Below, in pieces: positions 1-8,729 of a stretch of 57,988 bases of DNA (position 1 is the first letter of the stretch; each line of letters begins with the position of its first letter). The notes beneath the pieces are model-generated. The model searched no databases, was not told the DNA's origin, and was given only the letters and a program-made list of their open reading frames with translations. The translations under genes and the position numbers were made by a program. Origin of the DNA: an uncultured Campylobacterales bacterium. GTDB taxonomy: Bacteria; Campylobacterota; Campylobacteria; Campylobacterales; QNZT01. The DNA is taken from NCBI GenBank assembly GCA_964447385.1, contig CAYUSV010000001.1, positions 1 to 57,988 on the forward strand, given 5' to 3'.

Positions 1-680
1 GCGTCAGATTTTGTCATAAAGTTATATTTTAGTTTTAAAACATTTTTTTTAAAATCCATTTGAGAAAAGAGTTCTTTTGCTTCGTTTGCACAATCTTCAT
101 CGACAAAATTTGTCTCGTGTTCCATATATGCAAAAGTAAAAACAAAATCCTCAGTAAGTTTACAAAGTTCTGTGTTTGCATTAAAAAGATCCATCATGTG
201 GCGTTTTTGGTTACTTTGAAGATACAAAGATGAACTATAAAAGAGAGTATTGGCTAAAAATATAGAGATATGCTCACTAAAATTTTCATAATAAATAGAC
301 TCCATCAACCCTTTGCGAAGAATAATATGCTCACTCAAATACTCCATCACAACAACACTCATCGCTTCATCTGCATAATAGATCTTTGGCGCAAACTCTT
401 GCACCAATTTCTCATAGCTTTGAAGTGCTCTTATCTCAAAAGTCATTCGTTGGCGAGAGAGAGCAAAATCCTCTCCTGCACACCGAAGATATGGAACAGC
501 TTGTTTGACTATAAGTGCTCTGTTTGGATCTTTTTTACTTTTTACAATAAAAACAAAATTTAAATTTCCATCACCTATCTCTTGTGAAATTAGTACATCA
601 TCACCAAAAAAATCCTTAATGGTTGGGATATTTAAGAGAAACTTTTTTACGCTTTGTGATGTTAAAATATAATAACTCAT
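1..680 (-). CDS. mtnK: S-methyl-5-thioribose kinase, N-terminal ~226 codons (gene runs off the left edge)
   Basis: Absent from the ORF track because no stop lies in the window. My translation of the reverse strand from ATG 680-678 is MSYYILTSQSVKKFLLNIPTIKDFFGDDVLISQEIGDGNLNFVFIVKSKKDPNRALIVKQAVPYLRCAGEDFALSRQRMTFEIRAL... and stays open to position 1. The blocks QEIGDGNLNFVF, IVKQAVPY and VMEYL..RKGL are the hallmark N-terminal blocks of MtnK. AGGAG lies 5 nt upstream of the ATG. Confidence 0.8.
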   Translation of the reverse strand, partial: MSYYILTSQSVKKFLLNIPTIKDFFGDDVLISQEIGDGNLNFVFIVKSKKDPNRALIVKQAVPYLRCAGEDFALSRQRMTFEIRALQSYEKLVQEFAPKIYYADEAMSVVVMEYLSEHIILRKGLMESIYYENFSEHISIFLANTLFYSSSLYLQSNQKRHMMDLFNANTELCKLTEDFVFTFAYMEHETNFVDEDCANEAKELFSQMDFKKNVLKLKYNFMTKSD

Positions 681-711
681 AAAAACTCCTATTGCTTATT
701 ATAGGATTATC

Positions 712-1803
712 CTAATTAACAATTTTATAATTTACTATATCACCCTCCAAAGTTTTTAAAAATGCTACGATATCATCAATTTGTTCTTTGGTAAAATTAA
801 CACCGATTTGATGTCTTCCCATTATTTTTACAGCTTCTTCTATCTTTTTAATTGCACCGTTATGAAAATATGGTGCAGTTTTGGTAATGTTTCTAAGTAT
901 CGGTACACGAAATCGTTTGTGATTGTTTTGACCTAAAAAACCACCTATATTTTCAAATGGAAAACTCTCATCAATGACTTTCATGTTTGGATCAAAACTG
1001 ATATTAAACCAATCTTTATATGGACGAAGTGGAAACTTTTGAACACTTTGCCCACCAATGCTCATGCCGGTATGACACCCTTTGCACCCTTTATCTATAA
1101 AAATATTTAAGCCTCTTTTTGCTTTTTCATTGATTGCATCATCATCCCCATCTAAAAAAGCGTCAAATTTTCCATAAGTTAAGAGAGTTCTCTCATAAGC
1201 TCCTATAGCCTTTTGAAGGTTTTCAAATGTGATATCTGTGCCAAATACATCTTCAAACGCTTCTTTATAAGCAGGAATATTTCTGAGCCTATTTTCCACC
1301 TCTTTTGGAGTCATATTCATCTCAAAAGGAGCTTGTATGGGACCTCCTGCTTGCTCTTCCACATCTTTTGCTCTAGCATTCCAAAACTGTTTTGTTGCAA
1401 GTGCTGCATTTAAAACAGTTGGAGAATTTAAGTGAAAAGGATTTTTTAAGTTATTATGACCAATTGCCGTGGGGATATTATCGTCGCCTCCCTCCTTTAA
1501 TTTATGACAAGATGCGCAACTGATATCATGATCACGAGATAGTATTGGATCAAAAAAGAGCTTTTTCCCAAGTGCAATTTTTTCAACACTCAGAGGATTT
1601 TGTGGGTTATCAACAACTTTTAAAAGATCTTCATAAGTTTTTGGTATAGGTTTTAGACCAAGAGATAGTGCTTTGTCTCTTAGATTATTATCGCTTATCT
1701 TGGTAAATTTTTTTTGGGAAAATGTATATAACAAAACAGCTGATATAACCACGATAGATACGATGACTATTTTCATGTTGTATGTCTGTTTTTTTGTGTT
1801 CAT
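712..1803 (-). CDS. di-haem cytochrome c peroxidase (CCP/MauG family)
   Basis: 363-aa ORF with an N-terminal hydrophobic anchor or signal. Two haem-c motifs (CASCH, CKGCH) sit at CCP-like spacing, and the conserved APYFHNG lies near the C-terminus. Confidence 0.9.
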   Translation of the reverse strand: MNTKKQTYNMKIVIVSIVVISAVLLYTFSQKKFTKISDNNLRDKALSLGLKPIPKTYEDLLKVVDNPQNPLSVEKIALGKKLFFDPILSRDHDISCASCHKLKEGGDDNIPTAIGHNNLKNPFHLNSPTVLNAALATKQFWNARAKDVEEQAGGPIQAPFEMNMTPKEVENRLRNIPAYKEAFEDVFGTDITFENLQKAIGAYERTLLTYGKFDAFLDGDDDAINEKAKRGLNIFIDKGCKGCHTGMSIGGQSVQKFPLRPYKDWFNISFDPNMKVIDESFPFENIGGFLGQNNHKRFRVPILRNITKTAPYFHNGAIKKIEEAVKIMGRHQIGVNFTKEQIDDIVAFLKTLEGDIVNYKIVN

Positions 1804-1942
1804 TGTATCGCTCCCTTTTTTTTTATAAGTTTAATATTGTAACACTTTTTTACATCATCAATCAATATAATTTCATCACAGGAGGAATTTTATTTTAGCA
1901 CAAAAGGAAGTTTAATAGGTAAAAATGGTCATTTTATCCAAA

Positions 1943-2827
1943 TTATAACTTTTTTGAAGGTATTAGATTTTTGGGATAAATTCCATAAGTGTTAAAAAAG
2001 AGTTTACTAAAATGACCTTGATGTTTATATCCCACCTCTTTAGCAATTTTTCCTATGGTTAAAACTTGTTCTTTTAAAAGCAAATTAGCAACTTCCAATC
2101 TTCGCTTTTGAATGTAATGGTAAATAGTTGTTTTATAAACTTTTTTGAAAACAATTTTTAATTTTGACTCATTTGTAGCACAAATATGTGCCAATATTGA
2201 TATTGTTGGTGGATTTGCAAAGTTTTTTAATAGATATTTTTTTGCTTTTGAAGCTATCTTTAACTCCTGTGCATCTATTGCAGGGTCAATGAAATCAAGC
2301 AGGGAAAATCTATGTATCATAAACTCAATAACATTATGCTCACATCTAATACTATTTAAATTAGAATTGATTTTTATAATTTTATCTATGATATATAAGC
2401 TTAGTGCATCTATAGGTTGGCTATCGATAAGCTCCAAAGAGAGTTCATTTTGAATCTTTTGATATAAAAAATCAATTGGTTCATGCTCATCTAAACTTAG
2501 ATATCTTTTAAGAAAAAAATCGGCAATAAAAAGAATAAAAATATTACCACTTCCATCAATGCTAAGATTTTGTTGTGAAGAACAATATATATCAGTATTG
2601 CCATTTTTTGTGCTAAATTTTTTTTTGGATATATGATCAATTATAGAGAGGTTGCCATTTTTTACAGCGCAAATCATGACCATTCTATCGAGATTTTTTA
2701 TATCTAGTTTGATTTTGTTGTTTATATCTAAAAAAATTATACCATTTGAAATATCAACTCTAGTAAAACTCTTATTGTCTGTTATTTTGTAACTTCTATC
2801 GCTTATATTGAAAAAAAAACTTTCCAT
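1943..2827 (-). CDS. AraC family transcriptional regulator
   Basis: 294-aa ORF. The C-terminal ~100 aa have the double helix-turn-helix AraC signature (...ISILAHICATNESKLKIVFKK...IGKIAKEVGYKHQGHFSKLFFNTYGIYP). Its start overlaps the stop of the upstream SDR gene. Confidence 0.8.
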   Translation of the reverse strand: MESFFFNISDRSYKITDNKSFTRVDISNGIIFLDINNKIKLDIKNLDRMVMICAVKNGNLSIIDHISKKKFSTKNGNTDIYCSSQQNLSIDGSGNIFILFIADFFLKRYLSLDEHEPIDFLYQKIQNELSLELIDSQPIDALSLYIIDKIIKINSNLNSIRCEHNVIEFMIHRFSLLDFIDPAIDAQELKIASKAKKYLLKNFANPPTISILAHICATNESKLKIVFKKVYKTTIYHYIQKRRLEVANLLLKEQVLTIGKIAKEVGYKHQGHFSKLFFNTYGIYPKNLIPSKKL

Positions 2828-3630
2828 TATAGATGGTAATACTCTCTAACCCGTCTCTCAAAATCTTCATCACTAAGCTCTTTTCGCATAGGGATAAATT
2901 TGCGTGCTTTTTCTCCAATAGTTGCATGTGGAGGAAATTTATCATCATTTATAATTTTAAGTATTATTTTAGCAACCTCTGTTGCATTATTTCCATGATT
3001 TATCTGATCAATTATAACAGGAGCAAGATTGGATACGATTTTAGAGTATGGTGAATTTTTGTCAAAAGTTTTTGGATTTGTTACCAAATTTTCTCTTGCA
3101 AAATTTGTATCAAAAAATCCAGGCATGATAGAGTGAACTCTGATACCAAAATCTCTTAATTCATATCTTAAAGAGTCGGTAATTCCCTCAACTGCATATT
3201 TGCTAGAGTTGTAAAAAGTAAAAAGAGGTAGCCCAATTTTGCCTAAGAATGAGCTGATGTTTATGATTATGCCGTTTTGTTGTTTTCTCATAATTGGAAT
3301 GACAGCTTTACAAACTCTTAACACTCCAAAGACATTAATGTTAAATTGTTCAAACATCTGCTTTTCATCCATATCTTCAACGGTCGAAACCAAGCCATAA
3401 CCAGCATTGTTTATAAGAATATCTACTTTTTTGATCTTATCTATAGACTCTTTTATACAGTTAGAGTCTGTGATATCAAGTTTGATAGGGGTTATATTTG
3501 GATGTTTAATATCTGAAAGTTTTTCTGGTGTTCTGCTACCTGCATAAACTTTAAAACCTTGTTTTGCCAAAAATTGTGTAGTTGCTCTTCCCATTCCGGA
3601 ACTTGCTCCGGTGATTAGTACTACTTTCAT
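2827..3630 (-). CDS. short-chain dehydrogenase/reductase (classical SDR), substrate unknown
   Basis: 267-aa ORF with the N-terminal Rossmann motif TGASSGMGR, NNAG, and the catalytic YNSSK (YxxxK). Confidence 0.85.
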   Translation of the reverse strand: MKVVLITGASSGMGRATTQFLAKQGFKVYAGSRTPEKLSDIKHPNITPIKLDITDSNCIKESIDKIKKVDILINNAGYGLVSTVEDMDEKQMFEQFNINVFGVLRVCKAVIPIMRKQQNGIIINISSFLGKIGLPLFTFYNSSKYAVEGITDSLRYELRDFGIRVHSIMPGFFDTNFARENLVTNPKTFDKNSPYSKIVSNLAPVIIDQINHGNNATEVAKIILKIINDDKFPPHATIGEKARKFIPMRKELSDEDFERRVREYYHL

Positions 3631-3639
3631 TTCATGTTT

Positions 3640-3825
3640 TTAACCCATCTTCATAAAAAGACCTGCTAAAAAAGCAATTAAGATTGTAAAAAATAGTAAA
3701 AGAAAATTTTTCATTTTTTCAGAAATCTTTTTTTTACTAGTAATGAAATCCACAATTTTAATAGCCGGATAGATAGAAAATGCTATAAAAGCCATCATAA
3801 ATACAAGTGTTATAACTATATCCAT
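3640..3825 (-). CDS. small membrane protein (2 predicted TM helices), uncharacterised
   Basis: 61-aa ORF with two hydrophobic stretches separated by SKKKISEKMK. AGGAG lies ~6 nt upstream of the ATG. It is wedged with 9-10 nt gaps between cobA and the SDR gene. Confidence 0.5.
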   Translation of the reverse strand: MDIVITLVFMMAFIAFSIYPAIKIVDFITSKKKISEKMKNFLLLFFTILIAFLAGLFMKMG

Positions 3826-3835
3826 TATCTATCTC

Positions 3836-4585
3836 CTACTTCTCAAACCAGTTTAATTGTTCTCTTAGTTCTACAACTTTGCCAACCACAATCAGAGCAG
3901 GAGTTGGCAAATCTTTAGCTTTTTCATATATGTTTTCCAATGTACCAACAACTGTTTTTTCATCTTTTGTGGTGCCACGACTTATAACTGCGATTGGATA
4001 ATCTTTTGGTTTTCCAATCTCTATAAGTTTTGAAGTAATTACAGCAAGTCTATGAAGTCCCATTAAAAATATGATAGTATCATCAGTTTTATAATTTTCC
4101 CACGGTATCTGTGAATGACTTTTATTTGTACTCTCATGTCCTGTAACAACTCTAAATGAGACAGTCACGCCACGGTGTGTAACTGGTATACCAGCATATT
4201 CAGGTACAGCAATTGCCGAGGTGATTCCTGGTATAAATTCAAATTCAATATTTTTTTGTTTCAGATAAATAGCCTCTTCTCCACCACGCCCAAAGACAAG
4301 CGGATCGCCACCTTTTAGTCTCACAACGCACTCAAATTTGAGAGAATATTGATAAATCAGTTCATTAATCTCTTCTTGGGGCAGGGTGTGATGTGAATCT
4401 TTTTTACCTACATAGACAAATTTACAACCATCTTTTGCCTCTTTTAAAATGTCTGGATTTGCTAATCTATCATAAATTATTACATCAGCTTTTTTTACAA
4501 GACGAAGAGCCTTTATAGTCAATAGATCTACATCTCCTGGACCTGCTCCTGTTAGATAAACTTTACCCACCGTTTTTCGCTTCAT
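3836..4585 (-). CDS. cobA: uroporphyrinogen-III C-methyltransferase (SUMT; NirE-equivalent by context)
   Basis: 249-aa ORF with GAGPGDVDLLT, GGDPLVFGRGGEE and IPGITSA motifs of the tetrapyrrole methylase family. It lies directly downstream of nirJ-nirF. The annotated ATG overlaps the nirF end by 23 nt; an in-frame GTG 15 nt downstream is an alternative start. Confidence 0.9.
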   Translation of the reverse strand: MKRKTVGKVYLTGAGPGDVDLLTIKALRLVKKADVIIYDRLANPDILKEAKDGCKFVYVGKKDSHHTLPQEEINELIYQYSLKFECVVRLKGGDPLVFGRGGEEAIYLKQKNIEFEFIPGITSAIAVPEYAGIPVTHRGVTVSFRVVTGHESTNKSHSQIPWENYKTDDTIIFLMGLHRLAVITSKLIEIGKPKDYPIAVISRGTTKDEKTVVGTLENIYEKAKDLPTPALIVVGKVVELREQLNWFEK

Positions 4586-5660
4586 AGATAAAAATTCCAG
4601 ATGGCTTTTTGATATCTTTGATCTCTTTTACAGTTGACCAATCTTTTGTATTTAAAACTATTACTTTATTTGCGTCATTAACTGAAACATAAAGGTAAGG
4701 TTTCTCTTTTGACCATCTTACATGTAACACTTTACCATCATACTCAAACCGTTTTATGATTTCCAATGTTTTTGTATCAATGATTTGAATTACAGGAAAT
4801 TTTTTACCACTATAAGTGACAGCCATATACTTTTTATCTGGGCTTAAAGATGTAAATACAGGTAACCCCTCTGTCTCTATATTTTTTATAAATTTAAAAT
4901 CTCTATCATAAACTAAAACTTTGTTATTGCCAACAGCAGGTATAAAAACTTTATCTCCCCCAATACTCCAAAATCCAAAATGTGGTACTTTTAAAACTTG
5001 TTTGTTGTTTTCTGCTGTAATTTTAATAGCAGAAAACTCCATCTTTTCCAAGTCAATAACTCCAAACTGTTTAGTTATAAAAAGTCCTACTATATAGTGA
5101 TTGTCTTTTATCATTGCATCAAATGGCATCTCTCCAATATTTTCAAACTCTTTGTAGATTTGAAAGTCAGGTTTACCTGCACCCTTGTTCTTATCTTCAA
5201 GTACAGTGACTTTATCATTGTCCATTTGAGCAAAGATGATATAATTTTTATAAATCTTAATACCGACATTTTTAGAGCCTGTTTTGATTTTTTTGATAGG
5301 AGCGAGAGATCTGTCTAAAATATCTACGCTTTTATCATCATAATTTGCAACTGCAACATAATTTTTACCGATTACAAAACCAATTGCGCTTTTGCTAGTC
5401 TTATACTCGGCTAATATTTTTTCACTCTTTGGATCAAACCAAACTACATAACCGTCTCTGCTTATGAGATAGCCATCATCTTTATCAAATTTTACAACTC
5501 CATGATTCATATTGTGCATTTTTTTCATATGAGATGTAAGTTTTCCATTCTCAATTACTGCTAGTGATGAACTCTCTCTCTCAACTACAAAAATTTTCTC
5601 TTTTGCCACTGCTAAAGTAGTTAAGACAGCAGTAACAATAAATAGGTTTATAAATTTCAT
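4563..5660 (-). CDS. nirF: haem d1 biosynthesis protein NirF-like (d1-type beta-propeller, no haem-c motif)
   Basis: 365-aa ORF with an N-terminal signal-like segment, no CxxCH, and repetitive beta-propeller-like sequence. Its start overlaps the nirJ stop (ATGA). It sits between nirJ and the SUMT gene, as in nir clusters. Confidence 0.7.
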   Translation of the reverse strand: MKFINLFIVTAVLTTLAVAKEKIFVVERESSSLAVIENGKLTSHMKKMHNMNHGVVKFDKDDGYLISRDGYVVWFDPKSEKILAEYKTSKSAIGFVIGKNYVAVANYDDKSVDILDRSLAPIKKIKTGSKNVGIKIYKNYIIFAQMDNDKVTVLEDKNKGAGKPDFQIYKEFENIGEMPFDAMIKDNHYIVGLFITKQFGVIDLEKMEFSAIKITAENNKQVLKVPHFGFWSIGGDKVFIPAVGNNKVLVYDRDFKFIKNIETEGLPVFTSLSPDKKYMAVTYSGKKFPVIQIIDTKTLEIIKRFEYDGKVLHVRWSKEKPYLYVSVNDANKVIVLNTKDWSTVKEIKDIKKPSGIFIYEAKNGG

Positions 5661-6790
5661 CTGAATATTCCTTTAATTTCATTATCATTTAAGTAACATG
5701 ATGGGTCTTCTGCCCATATATCGTCATAAATTGCATATGCACGACTCCTAGAACCACCGTTACAGATATCTATATAGTGACAGAGAGAACATTTTCCGCC
5801 TATCTCTCTTGGATGTATGCGCAATTTTTGAAGCAATTGATCTGGCTTATCTCTCCAAATATTGCTAAAATCATTATCTAAAATATTTCCAATAATCTTT
5901 GGAAAAAAAGGATCAGGTTTTACATTTCCCTCTGAGTCAATATTTAACAATTTTCTACCTGCACTATTGCCACTCCATTGGGTAAGCCTTTCTCTCATGA
6001 TATCTTTATATTTTGGAAATCTTTTACCAAACTGATGTAAAAAAACAATGGCATCTTGCTCCATGTTACCTGTTACTATCTCAATATCACGCCCACTCTC
6101 ATAATACTCAAATGCTTTATCGATGATATATTTTACAGCAACTCTTCGCTCCTCTTTGCTCAAATCCATCTCTAAATTTTCTAAGCCTCTACCGCTATAA
6201 ACTAAATGAGAAATGTATATTTTTGGTATATTTTCGCTCTCTGCTAATTTGAAAATAAATTCAAGATCATTATAAGTCTCTTTTGTAATCGTAAAACGAA
6301 TTCCTACTTTGCTATCTTTGTAACTATTTAATAAATTAACAGCTTTCATTGACATCAAAAATGAGCCTTCAAGTCCTCTAAATCGGTCATGCGTCTTTTG
6401 GCTTCCATCTATACTAATACCGACATAATTAAATGTATCTAAAATTTTCTTAGCATTTTTTTCTCCAACATACAAACCATTTGTGGAGAGATAAGTAACG
6501 ATACCTAACTCTTTACATTTGTTGGCAATTCCAAAAAGATCTTTTCTTGTCAGTGGTTCTCCACCAGAAAAGATGATAAACTTTATGCCATTTTCTTTTA
6601 ATTTAGGCAAGGTATCTATAATCATCTGGGTTGTTAATTTATCTGTAGAGTCTAAATCAGCCTTAGTGTAGCAATGCATACACGAGAGATTGCAACGGTT
6701 AGTAAAGTTCCAAATTGCGATACTACCATCAAGAACTCTAGTCTTCTTCTCTTGCAACACAGAGCTGATTAAGTTTGATAACCGAAACAT
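5657..6790 (-). CDS. nirJ: radical SAM haem d1 biosynthesis protein NirJ
   Basis: 377-aa ORF with the radical-SAM cluster motif CNLSCMHC (Cx3Cx2C) and a C-terminal Cys-rich SPASM-like segment (CSLCHYIDICNGGSRSRAY). It is translationally coupled to both flanking nir genes. Confidence 0.85.
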   Translation of the reverse strand: MFRLSNLISSVLQEKKTRVLDGSIAIWNFTNRCNLSCMHCYTKADLDSTDKLTTQMIIDTLPKLKENGIKFIIFSGGEPLTRKDLFGIANKCKELGIVTYLSTNGLYVGEKNAKKILDTFNYVGISIDGSQKTHDRFRGLEGSFLMSMKAVNLLNSYKDSKVGIRFTITKETYNDLEFIFKLAESENIPKIYISHLVYSGRGLENLEMDLSKEERRVAVKYIIDKAFEYYESGRDIEIVTGNMEQDAIVFLHQFGKRFPKYKDIMRERLTQWSGNSAGRKLLNIDSEGNVKPDPFFPKIIGNILDNDFSNIWRDKPDQLLQKLRIHPREIGGKCSLCHYIDICNGGSRSRAYAIYDDIWAEDPSCYLNDNEIKGIFR

Positions 6791-8643
6791 TAATCAGCCT
6801 CTTGTTTATAAGTGAAAATATAATCTGTAATTGCTTTTAATTCACTTGCATTTAATTCAAATGGTGGCATAGCACTTCGTTTGTAACCAAAAACTTTTGA
6901 AACACTTGCAGGATCAGCAATCATACCTTCGATCTCTTCTCTTGTTCGCTTTGATGCAATTTCTATAAAAGAGGGACCAAATGCAACTGCGCTTTGATGA
7001 TGACACCCCCAGCAGTAAGTCTCAAAAACTTTTTTGCCAGAGAGTTTTTTTTCAGTTTTTACAACACTTTTTAGATAATCATCAACACTTTTTTTCTCAT
7101 AACTGTTTAAATTTTTTAAATTTTGCATACATTTGTATGGTTCTTTGTTATCTTTACATCTTTGGTTAAATATATCAAGTCCAAAAAGGCGAGGATAAAA
7201 TTGTCTATTTTTATTTATAAAATTATATTTGCCTACAGGTATATCTGCAGGATACGAGGCTAATTTTTTTAGATTTTTAGTATCCCAAACCTCTATGGAG
7301 CCGTTATGATCATAGATACTAAGATAAGCGTATTTGCCATCACCTGTAAATTCGGCATGTATATATTGTTTATCTTTAACAGGTACCATTTTTTTTATAG
7401 AAAAACTATTTTTGTCTATTAGTACTAGCTCATCGCTACCATTGTCTATCCATAGATATGGAGTATTTGGATGTGTTTTTACAAAAAATCCATCTCCTCC
7501 TGTCTCTATCTTTTTCTCAAAATCCCAGTCGTACATCTTCCATATAGTAATGTATGATTTTCTTAAGTGTGGAGTTGCAAAATAAAATTTACCATTGTTG
7601 TACCAGTATGTAGCAGAAAAAAGATGAGGCATTCCCTCTATGGCATGTTCAAAGACAATTTTCATACTTTTTATATCATAAACTCTAAGTACTTTACCGT
7701 TTCTTGCTGTCGCTATAAGAAACTTATCAAACGGATCGATAAAGAAATCCTCTATAGGCTCTTTGATTTTGATATATTTGATATCAAATGTTTTACTATC
7801 TACGATACCGACCAAAGGCTTATCTCTATATGTAAAAATCATCTTATCTTTACTGTATAACTCATATAAAGCACTTACTTTTCCATCTAGCTTGGTAAGT
7901 TTTATGGGTTTTAGCGTTGTGCTATCTAGTACTACCATCTGTTCTGGAAGCAGACATGTAACAACTACATGTTTGCCATCCCTACTCAAAGATAAGTTGC
8001 GAAGATTTATACACGCTCTTATTTTTGCAATTCGTCGTCCCTCTTTTAGTGAGTACCTAAGAACTTGACCATCACGAGTTGGTACAAAGATATTTTCAGC
8101 TTTAGGAAATTGGTATTTGATACCTCCATGAACATTTTTAAGGGCAAACTTATCGACTATTTTATCATCTTCGATAATCCAAACATAACCACCATCTCTC
8201 TCAACAACTGGAAGAACTTGCTCAATATTTTTAATACCAAGATCTTTTTTCTTATCATCAAACTCTATTGTAGATTTTTTAATATCTTTAAGACCCCAGT
8301 TATAATTTTTGACAGGTTTTTTAATGTATCTGCTTATCTCCAATAACTCATAAGCATTTAAAAATTCATAAGAAGGCATAAGCGTTTGTGGAAAACCATT
8401 TTTTATCTTTGCAGATAAATCTTTTAGTTTATACTTTCTTAAAAACTCTGGCATTAGTGGTGGACCTGTAAGTCCTATACGATCTTTATGGTGACAATCT
8501 GCACAGTATTTGTCATATAATTTTTTTCCGATGTTATGTTTAGGTAGTGCTTCTACCATGTGTCCAGCTGCACTATCTATTGCATTTAAATTTGAAAAAA
8601 ATACGCTAAATACAAGCGTAGCCATAAGTAGTTTAATCTTCAT
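6790..8643 (-). CDS. NirN-like periplasmic protein: cytochrome c + d1-type beta-propeller + second C-terminal cytochrome c
   Basis: 617-aa ORF with a signal peptide (MKIKLLMATLVFSVFFSNLNA) and an N-terminal haem-c motif CADCHH. The central region shares the FVKTHPN block with the NirS in this window (NirS has FVKTHPNSKY, this protein FFVKTHPNTPY). The C-terminal ~90 aa carry a second haem-c motif, CWGCHH, followed by a Met-Pro segment (SAMPPF). Confidence 0.7.
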   Translation of the reverse strand: MKIKLLMATLVFSVFFSNLNAIDSAAGHMVEALPKHNIGKKLYDKYCADCHHKDRIGLTGPPLMPEFLRKYKLKDLSAKIKNGFPQTLMPSYEFLNAYELLEISRYIKKPVKNYNWGLKDIKKSTIEFDDKKKDLGIKNIEQVLPVVERDGGYVWIIEDDKIVDKFALKNVHGGIKYQFPKAENIFVPTRDGQVLRYSLKEGRRIAKIRACINLRNLSLSRDGKHVVVTCLLPEQMVVLDSTTLKPIKLTKLDGKVSALYELYSKDKMIFTYRDKPLVGIVDSKTFDIKYIKIKEPIEDFFIDPFDKFLIATARNGKVLRVYDIKSMKIVFEHAIEGMPHLFSATYWYNNGKFYFATPHLRKSYITIWKMYDWDFEKKIETGGDGFFVKTHPNTPYLWIDNGSDELVLIDKNSFSIKKMVPVKDKQYIHAEFTGDGKYAYLSIYDHNGSIEVWDTKNLKKLASYPADIPVGKYNFINKNRQFYPRLFGLDIFNQRCKDNKEPYKCMQNLKNLNSYEKKSVDDYLKSVVKTEKKLSGKKVFETYCWGCHHQSAVAFGPSFIEIASKRTREEIEGMIADPASVSKVFGYKRSAMPPFELNASELKAITDYIFTYKQEAD

Positions 8644-8676
8644 TATTAGTTCCCCCGAAAAAAAATGCTTATTATA

Positions 8677-8713
8677 GTGAAAAAAGATAATATCGGGCTT
8701 CGCCCGATATTAT
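8677..8713 (-). terminator. intrinsic terminator downstream of nirS
   Basis: On the minus strand, a 12-bp perfect stem ATAATATCGGGC / GCCCGATATTAT with a 3-nt loop (8687-8713) is followed by CTTTTTTC. A TATAAT (8676-8671, minus) and a GGGGGAA SD follow, for the NirN-like gene. Confidence 0.7.
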
Positions 8714-8729
8714 TTAAAATGATACTAAA

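Noticed and set aside
270-563. 97-aa plus-strand ORF from the track
   Set aside because: It lies entirely antisense to the well-supported mtnK reading frame. It has no SD and a low-complexity composition typical of spurious antisense ORFs in AT-rich DNA.
1853-1865. TTGAT-containing sequence (minus strand TTGATTGATGATG) upstream of the cytochrome c peroxidase gene as a possible FNR box
   Set aside because: Only one half-site matches. The second half (GATGT) does not resemble ATCAA or GTCAA. I cannot support a regulatory call.
4563-4585. 23-nt overlap between nirF and cobA as a possible frameshift or fusion
   Set aside because: Both frames are intact with their own conserved motifs. An in-frame GTG start for cobA reduces the overlap to 8 nt. 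This is ordinary translational coupling.
6981-8346. Chain of 62-101-aa plus-strand ORFs (6981, 7334, 7567, 7763, 8065)
   Set aside because: All are antisense to the NirN-like gene. They have hydrophobic, low-complexity translations and no ribosome-binding sites. They are an artefact of codon bias on the opposite strand.
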